Part shown: piece after piece, positions 52,901 through 58,900 of the stretch
How the letters are laid out: each line of letters starts with the position of its first letter
Numbering within the stretch: position 1 is the first letter of the stretch
NCBI GenBank assembly: GCA_002633005.1
Contig: NMRA01000045.1
Coordinates: 923,552-987,551 of the forward strand
Direction: 5' to 3'
From: Phoronis australis
Taxonomy: Eukaryota; Animalia; Phoronida
Length of the DNA: 64,000 nt
Notes under the pieces: model-generated
The model's input: only the letters and a program-made list of their open reading frames with translations
Database searches by the model: none
What the model was told of the DNA's origin: nothing
Position numbers and translations under genes: made by a program

Positions 52901-55900
52901 TCCCCGCAATGTACGTGTGAAGATGCTGTCTGAATCTTGGTCAAATTTATTTTGAAAGTTGTTATGCATGCCGTCGCAACTGCACAGCCCTTCATCCCAA
53001 CTGTGTTGATTTTCATGAAGACTTTGGCTTATGTTGCATCTTGCTGGAGCTTCCCTTGTGTTCTTTCAGCCAATGGAATCGTTAAAACTGGACAACGCTA
53101 AGTTAGTAGAAGAGAACCACACCCTTTTATGCGAAATAGACAAATTGTCAAAACCATAGGTAAAACTGAAATCGAAATCCAGGTACTCACCAAGCAAGCA
53201 TAGGGCATGCTCTGACCTCTGACCTACTGGTTCATTGGTGGTTTATCATTTGGCATTGGCGTATGCAGTAGGGAATACCTGCAGACCTACAGTCAAAGGG
53301 ACATTCAGTGCTTACGGAGTGCTGTACATTTATAGCTTGATGGCATTGCAGTCACTATAAACTAAAGCAGCTTGCCTTCAGATGTGTCAATATTTGAGAA
53401 AAGCGACCAATTAGGAAATAAGCTCTTAGTAGTCTTTTTATGTTGTTTTTCAATGAAAAAAAAATAAAAGCAATACAGAGAATATCAACTTAATGTTAAA
53501 CTCTTGTTTGATTTCCATCTCTTTAGCTCCTGGGTTGTCATAGTTGGATACAAATTGGGCTTTGCATGGCTGATAATATGCAGGCAGGCGGCTTTTGGCA
53601 AATAATTGAGCATGTACACACACTAGATGTGTCGTTGTGGAACTGTGCCATGTTGTTTCCATCACCCGGTTTTCTTGTTTGCCAAAACCTGAAGGTAGAC
53701 AGTTTTCCTTTCTCGCACTATGCAGGCATTCTCATCATGTTTGCTTCTCGTGCGTACAGTCCTTTTTTCACCAGCTGTAGTTTAGTCATGAGCTGCAGTT
53801 CTTTTCACTCTCTTTCACTTTCTGTCAGACAGGAAGCATGAGCAAGCATGCTTGTTGCAGGGTATCAAACCTGTCTCTGACTACATACTTCAACTCAGTG
53901 GTGTTTATGGGAAACCGTAGTGCGTGATAAGAAATAGAAATCGTAAGGATGGAATGCCCCAGCTTTCCATAAGGGATATGGATGATCTCCCTTGAACCAC
54001 TCGTTGTGCAATTTCCGAGTTTATTCATTATTCAAGAGCTTACTGAACATCCTTTTTGTGCTCCCACATATACATGTATGTGAGTGTACACTGCCGTCAT
54101 CTTTCTCTGGATATCCGAGCATCGGGCGTCCACTGCCGTTATCTCCTAAACCCCTCGCACAATCTTAATGAGATTTTGGCACATGAGTTCCTATGAAGTT
54201 TATTATTACAGATGGCAACATGTTTCAGACTAATCCGACTACTGCTATGCCCTCTAGTGGCAGATAGGTTTCTATTAAGAAGATGACGATGCCATTGTTT
54301 TTTCGGAGGGCTTCAACATATTTATGTTGTCTTGTGGCCATTTTTGTTATTTTTGAGTCCCATTTTCTGGCATCCGGCTCTTTATACACCAAAGCGGTCA
54401 AAAGATCACCTTGAAAATTTGCAGATATGTTCCTGATGAGAAGACATATGGCTGACGTTGATTTTCGGATGGACTTGACTTCTACGTCACCCCCTAGTGG
54501 TGATATTGTGCATCCGCACCCATATCTTCTTAACTCTTTGAAGGAGCTTTGTGAAATTTGGCAGATGCGTTCTTATGGAGCTGGCGACAGGTGATGACGA
54601 GTTTCGGACTGATCCATATACCGCTGTGCCTCCTAGTGGCCAGTTTTGTTTTGTGTTTGCCTGTGTATCTTCGGAATTCATCTATGGATTTTCATGAAAT
54701 TTGGCAAATAGGTTTCTACTAATGAGATGAAGATTTCTTTCCATTTTCACATGGATTCAACTTATTTGCACTACCTAATGGCAAATCGCTCAAAGGATTA
54801 TGAAAATTGGCAGACATGTTCCATGGTTTACAATTTTTGGACAGGTTCAAATGCTATGACGCCCCCTAATGTCAATTTTTTGCATTTTGTGGCTGTATCT
54901 CCTTAATCCTTTGTAGGATCTTTTTCAAATTTTGGCAAGTGTTTTGATTTGAATGTGACCATGGCTTTTCAATGACAACCACTGTGCCCCTTAGCAGAAT
55001 TTTAGTTTTTACTTATGCCTTTGTATCTTCAGAGTTCCTTCATGAAATTTGGTGATAGGTTTAAGTTTTGGAGACGATAGCACCATTCCATTTTGGACAG
55101 ATTTGACATGTTCTGCACCATCTAGTGGCCATTTTTATTATTTTTAGTCTTGATTTTGTCGTCTGTCTCTGTATTTGCGGAAGTGCTTTGAGGATCATCA
55201 TGAAAATTGACAATTTTTTTGCCCTGACTGATAATTTTCAGACTAGTCCAACTACTTAGGTGTTCGCAACTGGCATTTCTTGCATCTGTGACTGTTTCCC
55301 CTGAGCTCCGTGCAAGATCTTTGTTAAATTTGGCAAATGTATTCCCATTAACTTGACAACAAATGAACAGATACAATTACGGCTCTGCCTCCTAGTGGAA
55401 TGTGATTTTACTTTAGTTGCCACTGTGTCTTTTAACTTTCTCGATGGATTTTTATAAAATATTGCAAATAATTTTCTATTAGGGAGACAACGATGCCTTC
55501 CAATTTTCAGACAGGTTTGTTATATCCTGCGCCTTATTTTTATGATAATTAACACAGTCCCCCTAGAAACTTGTTGTTTGCGGTGCAGTCGTGGGCACAT
55601 TTCAGTGCTTTGCATTGCGCTCGTTACTTCAGGTAGTTGGTATGTTTTATAAAGTTTCACCCGTGGCATCTCATTCATTTGTCTCAGTCTGTGATTGGTT
55701 ACTTGTTTAATGGTCTTAATGTTGCCCTTGTTCCAATGCTCTGTCTTAGCCTCCTGATTTTCGTGTGTAGTTGTGTTTCTTAAAGGAGGTGATTACGTTC
55801 CAGCACCTGTTCAGTGTCCAGTATTTCCCACTGTTACCTGTTGTCACTGCCAGTTGGTAGGGTGTATTCAGCCTCATCTTGATTCCGTGTGCATTTTCTC

Positions 55901-55994
55901 ATTGCAGCAAATGGAATTACTCAAACAGGATAACCAGAGGCTCAAGGAGGAGAACGGAGCATTAATACGTGTCATCAGCAAGTTGTCCAAGTGA
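774..55994 (+). CDS. PPP1R12A: Protein phosphatase 1 regulatory subunit 12 / myosin phosphatase targeting subunit (MYPT1-like, Mbs); multi-exon gene span, canonical exon 1 not in window
   Basis: Spliced translation gives ankyrin repeats (ACIDDNLDMVEFLIENGAD..WTPLH), RDEETETQRKLRARRARETRRSTQGVT, DFKKLY..ERKISEMEEELK and the terminal DNQRLKEENGALIRVISKLSK, all hallmark MYPT motifs. Exon phases are consistent throughout. The paralogue letter (A/B/C) is not meaningful for an invertebrate. Confidence 0.95.
3782..3912 (+). CDS. PPP1R12A: MYPT ankyrin exon (ACIDDNLDMVEFLIENGADIDVCDNEGWTPLHATASCGYCEIA)
   Basis: tttttgtag acceptor, ag|gtaagc donor, phase 0-2; ankyrin TPLH motif. Confidence 0.95.
4447..4565 (+). 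CDS. PPP1R12A: MYPT ankyrin exon (FLLEYGANAAAVNNDGDLAIDLATENDMEELLAEYMEKQ)
   Basis: ttgcag acceptor, c|gtgagt donor, phase 2-1. Confidence 0.95.
5884..6043 (+). CDS. PPP1R12A: MYPT exon (IDADSARNEEENRMLADANQWL..GATALHVAAAKGYLKVM)
   Basis: ctgcag acceptor, ca|gtaagt donor, phase 1-2; ankyrin TALHVAAAKG. Confidence 0.95.
9853..10011 (+). mobile_element. Truncated second copy of the 13472-13831 MITE
   Basis: acatacatattttagaacaatc..ttggaaaattttccaaaaatatg..ttttcggaaagtcgcggt aligns by eye with 13680-13831. Confidence 0.6.
10225..10369 (+). CDS. PPP1R12A: MYPT ankyrin exon (ILLMAGVDIEAKDTDGWTPLHAAAHWGEEEACKLLVENMCNMEARNYS)
   Basis: ttccag acceptor, agt|gtaagt donor, phase 2-0. Confidence 0.95.
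10325..10555 (+). repeat. Degenerate ~121-bp tandem duplication spanning an exon donor
   Basis: aggaatta(t/a)agt|gtaagtactggcacctattggtcaatg at donors 10370 and 10491; tgccacatggtgg also repeated. Confidence 0.85.
10887..10961 (+). CDS. PPP1R12A: MYPT exon (GQTCFDVADDDLLKLLEDLKIKQAS)
   Basis: tttcag acceptor, tcg|gtaagt donor, phase 0-0; matches the MYPT GQTxFDVAD motif. Confidence 0.93.
11587..11657 (+). CDS. PPP1R12A: MYPT exon (RREDSKKEIPHLDIIETKHPMKR)
   Basis: tttcag acceptor, ag|gtaagt donor, phase 0-2 bridges the flanking exons. Confidence 0.85.
11830..12397. mobile_element. Fold-back MITE with TTAA target duplication (Kolobok-like termini)
   Basis: TTAA|GGTTATCT...AGATAACC|TTAA; arms remain imperfectly complementary for about 250 bp (e.g. 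gaaaggagaaaaatcgaggattctaaaaatatgct / agcatatttttagaatcctcgatctttctcctttc). Confidence 0.85.
13472..13831. mobile_element. MITE, TA-flanked (Tc1/mariner-like)
   Basis: TACCGGGAATTTCGGAAAA...TTTTCGGAAATTCTCGGTA inverted termini; 3' part recurs at about 9853-10011. Confidence 0.7.
14028..14042 (+). CDS. Candidate 15-nt microexon (R-DSDK-R)
   Basis: pyrimidine tract plus gtag acceptor, ag|gtgaga donor, symmetric phase 2-2, no stop. Confidence 0.35.
14468..14512 (+). CDS. Candidate 45-nt cassette exon (SSYRELAGLNTAVNK)
   Basis: ttcctttctacctgttag acceptor, aa|gtaatt donor, symmetric phase 2-2, open frame. Confidence 0.5.
15159..15262 (+). mobile_element. Degenerate tRNA-derived SINE head
   Basis: gtggcc A-box-like start and GGTTCGAATC B-box at 15206-15215; no complete cloverleaf. 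Confidence 0.4.
16575..16768 (+). CDS. PPP1R12A: MYPT exon (TSITRMSMDQKQHINLGDVHEERQKME..SSSSEESSSDSET), acidic/Ser-rich region
   Basis: ttgtag acceptor, g|gtgagc donor, phase 2-1. Confidence 0.9.
17585..17666. repeat. Degenerate pentanucleotide (ATTGT/ATCAT) simple repeat
   Basis: direct reading. Confidence 0.7.
18416..18471 (+). CDS. PPP1R12A: MYPT exon (VSEKQNELNPQLLAKPVTQ); in-frame alternative acceptor 6 nt downstream (exon start 18422)
   Basis: ttcag acceptor, cag|gtgagt donor, phase 1-0 required between neighbours. Confidence 0.8.
18948..19349 (+). CDS. PPP1R12A: MYPT low-complexity E/K/P/S/T-rich exon (EKVQENDKKPEQ..VVPSTK); symmetric, possibly cassette
   Basis: gctag acceptor, aag|gttgta donor, 402 nt open frame, phase 0-0. 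Confidence 0.8.
19782..20021 (+). CDS. PPP1R12A: MYPT charged exon (VDETPSEPEK..RRRRRRQLKEEAE..EVADE)
   Basis: cccag acceptor, gag|gtaagt donor, 240 nt, phase 0-0. Confidence 0.85.
21654..21743 (+). CDS. PPP1R12A: MYPT exon (DPQEPAVSNEVPAKEPLHRTASLPARLSRQ); acceptor could instead give a start at 21663
   Basis: pyrimidine tract plus aag/cag acceptor, cag|gtaaga donor, phase 0-0; LxRTASLP basophilic-kinase/14-3-3-type motif. Confidence 0.75.
22741..22938 (+). CDS. PPP1R12A: MYPT exon (..SWRAGLRKAGSSSAV..VQKSASSPWL..), Ser445/Ser472-equivalent region
   Basis: gctag acceptor, gat|gtaagt donor, phase 0-0; resembles vertebrate WRLGLRKTGS and RSASSPRL. Confidence 0.9.
23794..23891 (+). CDS. PPP1R12A: MYPT exon (TQERSYRRQYLSSTSSVPENPPENPPEITTRN)
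   Basis: tttcag acceptor, ag|gtaagt donor, phase 0-2. Confidence 0.8.
25534..25713 (+). CDS. PPP1R12A: MYPT exon (NTYPYLSRVQTSSST..RRRQEREAEREKER..SFR)
   Basis: ttgtag acceptor, ag|gtgacg donor, phase 2-2. Confidence 0.85.
27273..27363 (+). CDS. PPP1R12A: MYPT exon with the inhibitory ROCK site (SFEPPKRDEETETQRKLRARRARETRRSTQ; Ser695/Thr696-equivalent)
   Basis: gttcag acceptor, cag|gtcagt donor, phase 2-0; hallmark motif. Confidence 0.95.
27892..28005 (+). repeat. 35-bp tandem repeat (3 units plus partial) copying the splice acceptor and first codons of the GVT exon
   Basis: GGTGTTACC begins at 27892, 27927, 27962 and 27997, each preceded by AG. Confidence 0.95.
27997..28173 (+). CDS. PPP1R12A: MYPT exon (GVTKEDVAAAEATLQL..RRRRDYSTKV); donor after 28170 or 28173
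   Basis: completes RRSTQ|GVT; ctacag acceptor; gta|gtaggt donor; phase 0-0. Confidence 0.88.
28987..29080 (+). CDS. PPP1R12A: MYPT exon (DDTANLSASTNSFRRSRDYAATTTTDLSSST)
   Basis: attcag acceptor, g|gtaaag donor, phase 0-1. Confidence 0.85.
31679..31876 (+). CDS. PPP1R12A: MYPT exon (GYIPRSQRLSAQ..poly-T..SYRQRQLAAEEDK..KKE)
   Basis: gctaac branch-like site, ttctag acceptor, g|gtgagt donor, phase 1-1. Confidence 0.88.
32957..33054 (+). CDS. PPP1R12A: Mutually exclusive exon A (DANNGLDPHERRLASIRERRRERRSSALAQNIN); Thr853-region variant RRSS
   Basis: ttgcag acceptor, aat|gtaagt donor, phase 1-0; resembles vertebrate SIRERRRPREKRRSTG. Confidence 0.85.
33195..33295 (+). CDS. PPP1R12A: Mutually exclusive exon B (DDLFSGRSSSGIRARRRRIERRPTGKVPSDISED); Thr853-region variant RRPT
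   Basis: ACTAAC branch point at 33165-33170, gtag acceptor, gat|gtaagt donor, phase 1-0. Confidence 0.85.
34103..34598. mobile_element. Non-autonomous DNA transposon with CAGGG termini (hAT-like)
   Basis: 13-bp perfect TIR CAGGGCTTGGAAT...ATTCCAAGCCCTG; subterminal TTTCCGC repeats; TCTAAT direct repeat on both flanks. Confidence 0.85.
35345..35410 (+). CDS. PPP1R12A: MYPT exon (AKEDSTEETKKEPAKTEPEDTS)
   Basis: ccgcag acceptor, tcg|gtaagt donor, phase 0-0. Confidence 0.85.
35781..35875 (+). repeat. 31-bp minisatellite x3
   Basis: tgattcttatgtactgtcattatctgtagtt repeated three times. Confidence 0.9.
36726..37484 (+). repeat. 379-bp direct duplication separated by a single N (probable assembly artefact)
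   Basis: 36726-37104 vs 37106-37484, only two substitutions seen; N at 37105. Confidence 0.9.
37986..38237 (+). CDS. Possible 252-nt cassette exon (IGTDLEELAHCLSMLKSDQ..KSISIQTQDE..HRLD)
   Basis: ccttgctcag acceptor, gac|gtaggt donor, phase 0-0, open frame; no family similarity recognised. Confidence 0.3.
39879..39965 (+). promoter_or_regulatory. Candidate internal (muscle-type) promoter/enhancer: TATAAAT and MEF2 consensus CTATTTATAG
   Basis: TATAAAT at 39879-39885; GGCTATTTATAGCC with YTAW4TAR core at 39956-39965; E-boxes CATCTG/CACCTG just downstream; about 1 kb upstream of the internal ATG. Confidence 0.4.
40942..41283 (+). CDS. Candidate internal first coding exon (114 codons, Y/G/S/P low complexity) of a short M20/M21-like isoform
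   Basis: accaccATG context; in-frame TGA at 40921 with no AG between it and the ATG; GC-rich coding-like composition; agt|gtaagt phase-0 donor fits exon 48981. Confidence 0.8.
46147..46172. repeat. (TG)n microsatellite
   Basis: direct reading; another at about 22241-22259. Confidence 0.9.
47715..47812. repeat. Inverted repeat/hairpin, 36-bp arms
   Basis: agtcacttgcagggatcctgcattttaagaaccagt pairs with actggttctcaaaatgcaggaagcctgtaaatgact (5 mismatches). Confidence 0.8.
48981..49157 (+). CDS. PPP1R12A: MYPT exon (SSSRYSDRYGAGERSSYSDRY..SQDFKK)
   Basis: ctttgcag acceptor, aag|gtacgc donor, phase 0-0; DFKK motif. Confidence 0.93.
49899..50039 (+). CDS. PPP1R12A: MYPT coiled-coil exon (LYDEQKAENERIKKEL..SMDQR)
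   Basis: ttccag acceptor, aga|gtgagt donor, phase 0-0. Confidence 0.93.
51198..51248 (+). CDS. PPP1R12A: MYPT exon (EKRTLERKISEMEEELK)
   Basis: cttcag acceptor, aag|gtacgc donor; near-identical to vertebrate ERRALERRISEMEEELK. Confidence 0.95.
52349..52693 (+). mobile_element. Two adjacent tRNA-derived SINE-like fragments
   Basis: B-box-like GGTTCAAGTCC / GGTTTGAGTCC, each followed by a shared aggtcacgtgatgtggccaacaggtggc(a/g)tgcagacca. Confidence 0.55.
53070..53159 (+). CDS. Duplicated alternative leucine-zipper exon (PMESLKLDNAKLVEENHTLLCEIDKLSKP*)
   Basis: ttcccttgtgttctttcag acceptor, phase 0; 16/28 residues identical to the last exon; stop TAG immediately followed by GTAAAA (possible donor). 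Confidence 0.85.
   Translation, partial: PMESLKLDNAKLVEENHTLLCEIDKLSKP
54053..55625 (+). mobile_element. Helentron/HINE-like non-autonomous element with internal degenerate tandem array
   Basis: 5' ttttTGTGCTCCCAC and 3' subterminal GTGGGCACA inverted pair followed by a short hairpin; repeated gaaatttggcagat and ccctagtgg motifs inside. Confidence 0.6.
55908..55994 (+). CDS. PPP1R12A: MYPT canonical last coding exon, leucine zipper (QMELLKQDNQRLKEENGALIRVISKLSK*)
   Basis: ttgcag acceptor; hallmark PKG-interacting C-terminus. Confidence 0.97.
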   Translation, partial: QMELLKQDNQRLKEENGALIRVISKLSK

Positions 55995-58900
55995 ACCACC
56001 ACATGGACGTCGTCGATGAACCTTTGGTGCTAGCTAAAAATCACGGAGCTGAATATCGGCTCTTCCCGTCTTCCAGATCCCCCCTCTCGTCAATTGCCCC
56101 ATCCCCGTCATTTTCCGCTGAGTCTCTTTGAATTTTTGACCCTGTTAATATGGAAGCTATCTCTGTTTATGTTAATTCCTCTAAATGTCACAAAAACGTA
56201 AGTACAAAGGCCAAGTGTTTCATAATCTGCGTTGCTACATTCAGGTAAATCCTTGATCGATTGTTACTGTCATCCAGTCAGTGTGGTTTGCAGTTTTGCT
56301 CATCATTAGTAGACACTATTTCTCAGTCAGAGCAGCACCTTGGTTATTTACCTGTGCAAGAACATATAGATCTCAGTATTGTGAGCGTAACTTTTTGACA
56401 GGGACTCAATGAACAGTGACGCAACAAATGGGTCAGAACCCAATAAATGTTTACACAGGTATAGTTGTCACAGTAGCCGTCAGGGTGTGAACATGACGAT
56501 ACTGAGGCCGTCTTGGTTCAAATGGATACTTTGAATTTCACTAGGTTGTGTTAGTGAAACAGCAGTCCTTCCAGTACAAACGGATACATTCAGGTGTACT
56601 GTGGGACACTCGGGCCACAAATGCCCCTGTGCTGGTAAATGTATTTCAATTGTCATTCTATTCAAACTAGAATATGGGGACTTGTACTACATTAGCGCCA
56701 CCTGGTGAATATCAAATCTCCCTTAGTTCAATGTCATCCCCACCTCAGTCCTGCTTTTCCCAGAGATCCTGGATTTTCCACTGTAACGGAAAACGGAGAA
56801 TTCGTGAAATCTTGAGTTCTTTCACCAAATTAGAAGTTCTGAATAGAATTCTAATATTTAAGTAGGAGATACTTTTTGATTAATAATTATTAAAAATTAC
56901 AAATATCCATCAAGTTTCAAAATTCTAGCAGCAGATCAATCGAGTTGTGCATTTTCTCTGAAGGTGGCGCTCCTCTTTTCCCGGTTTAGAGAAGCAGTGA
57001 ACATAGCCTGAAGCATACTATTTTGTAAAATGGAGCTGCAGCATAATTCAGCTTATTTATCACTTTGAAATAATAACGTAAACATTCTCCTATTTGGTAC
57101 AGTCTCAAGAATTTGGAACACAAAAATTCACCTAGAAATTGATTTTATTTTGATTTTGGAGATTTGAATTTAGGCAATTTTGGCATTCATCATATTTGGA
57201 TGCTGTGTTTTGTATCAGTTGACTTGGCAAACTAGCGAAAATAGTGTCAACACAACATTTTCAGGTGTCCTGGTGTTGCATTAAGTCGAGGTGCATACAT
57301 AATGGGATGGGCAATATTGCTTATTTCTGAAATTGGTATAGCTCCAACTTTGGGCAAAGTAATTAATTTTCACTGCCTCAAACTGAAGATTTTTATGGTA
57401 AAATGGAATTCCTTTTTTGAAGAATGGAACTGTACATTTGCTATAACCGTTTTCTCCGTTTGAAAAATGGAAAATCAGGGTCTTTGCTTCTTGTCCAGCT
57501 CTTGTGCAATGAGTCAGCCATCTTCCTTTCCCCTTCCATCTCTTTATAAACCAGTAAGATCCACGTACATTCTCACATATCATGAGAGTTTGGAGAACTA
57601 AATGACCATTCCCGGCTTCCTCTAGTTCCCGGAGAATATGTTTGGCTTGTACTGCGGGGCTGCCCTCTGTGGGTGGCTCCCAATGTTTTACTTGTAATTG
57701 CGGTCTGGTTAACTAGGTATAGAGCATTGTATACTGGCCCAGTGCTGGGAACCAGTGATAAGTAAGGCAGTTGAGTGGTAGATTTGTAAGTTACGGAGTT
57801 GTGTTGACGTCACCCCGGTGGTGTTTACTCTGCCTTCTTGTAAATGCTTTGAGCCCCCAGTTGTCTGTCAGCATTGGAATCAAGAGTTTGATTCAATGTC
57901 AGAGTTCCGACTTTGTGTGGACATTTTGAATTTGTAATCGACGGGTTGTTTTAGTTTATGTCGACCTAATGTTACGCTGTACCAACTGAATTTTGGCCCA
58001 TAATTAGGAAGCTGACTTTTGTTCGACTAACCTGTGTTAAAACCTACGTGTAAAATTCGGTGAATCAGATGTTAGCTTAAAGGGATGCGGACCCTCAAGG
58101 AACCATCTCTTATTTGTAATTTTTCTGGCCTCTCCTGTGGCAGCGAGATTTTTTTGCCAGTCTCCATAGTCATTTAGTATAGTTTTGGATTCAGTATTTA
58201 ATTGACAATTATACAGTTTTTGACAGTTGGTGACCCACCAGTCACTCCATGGCTAGCTTGTCTAGCAGGCCAACGCCACTGCCATCCTAGCAGGCCACTG
58301 CCATTCTAGCAGCCTCCTTCCAACAGCTGACTCGCTCCTAGGGAATTATTGGGGGACGATGTGTGTTTTCATGGTAACAGTTCACTACAACTTATGTATT
58401 TATTACGCACCCAGTTAAGTAAGTGCGCGGCAGATTATGCTGTTGCAGCGAATTATGTTTGGTTGTTTTTCTTGTTTATTTTTGATACTCGTTTATTTTG
58501 GGTCGGGAAGACCCGGTATTGGTTGGCGTCGTTTAACTGCTCTCATCCTCATCACAGATACGTGTAGGTCATTGCGTCACTTTGCAGGAAGCCTGTTAGT
58601 GGAGGACCGGTGGTCATCTGGACCAGGGGTCATCTGGACCAGGGGTCATCGCTGCAGTCTAGATTAGATCTCATCGCTGTCATGTCATTTCTTCGTCATT
58701 CTCTTTTTTGTTGGTGCCGTGTAAATATTTCCATCTTGATTTTTAAATTGTAATATATGTGTACTGTTTTTATTGAGGGGCTTGTTTCTGTGGCTGAGAC
58801 CCTCCAGGTGTACGAGGGGGCTATTTTTACAGCTAGTAGCTAGGCAAAGTCACTTGTTAAACATTTGATATTTATATTTTATCCTTGTTATTGTTGCTAT

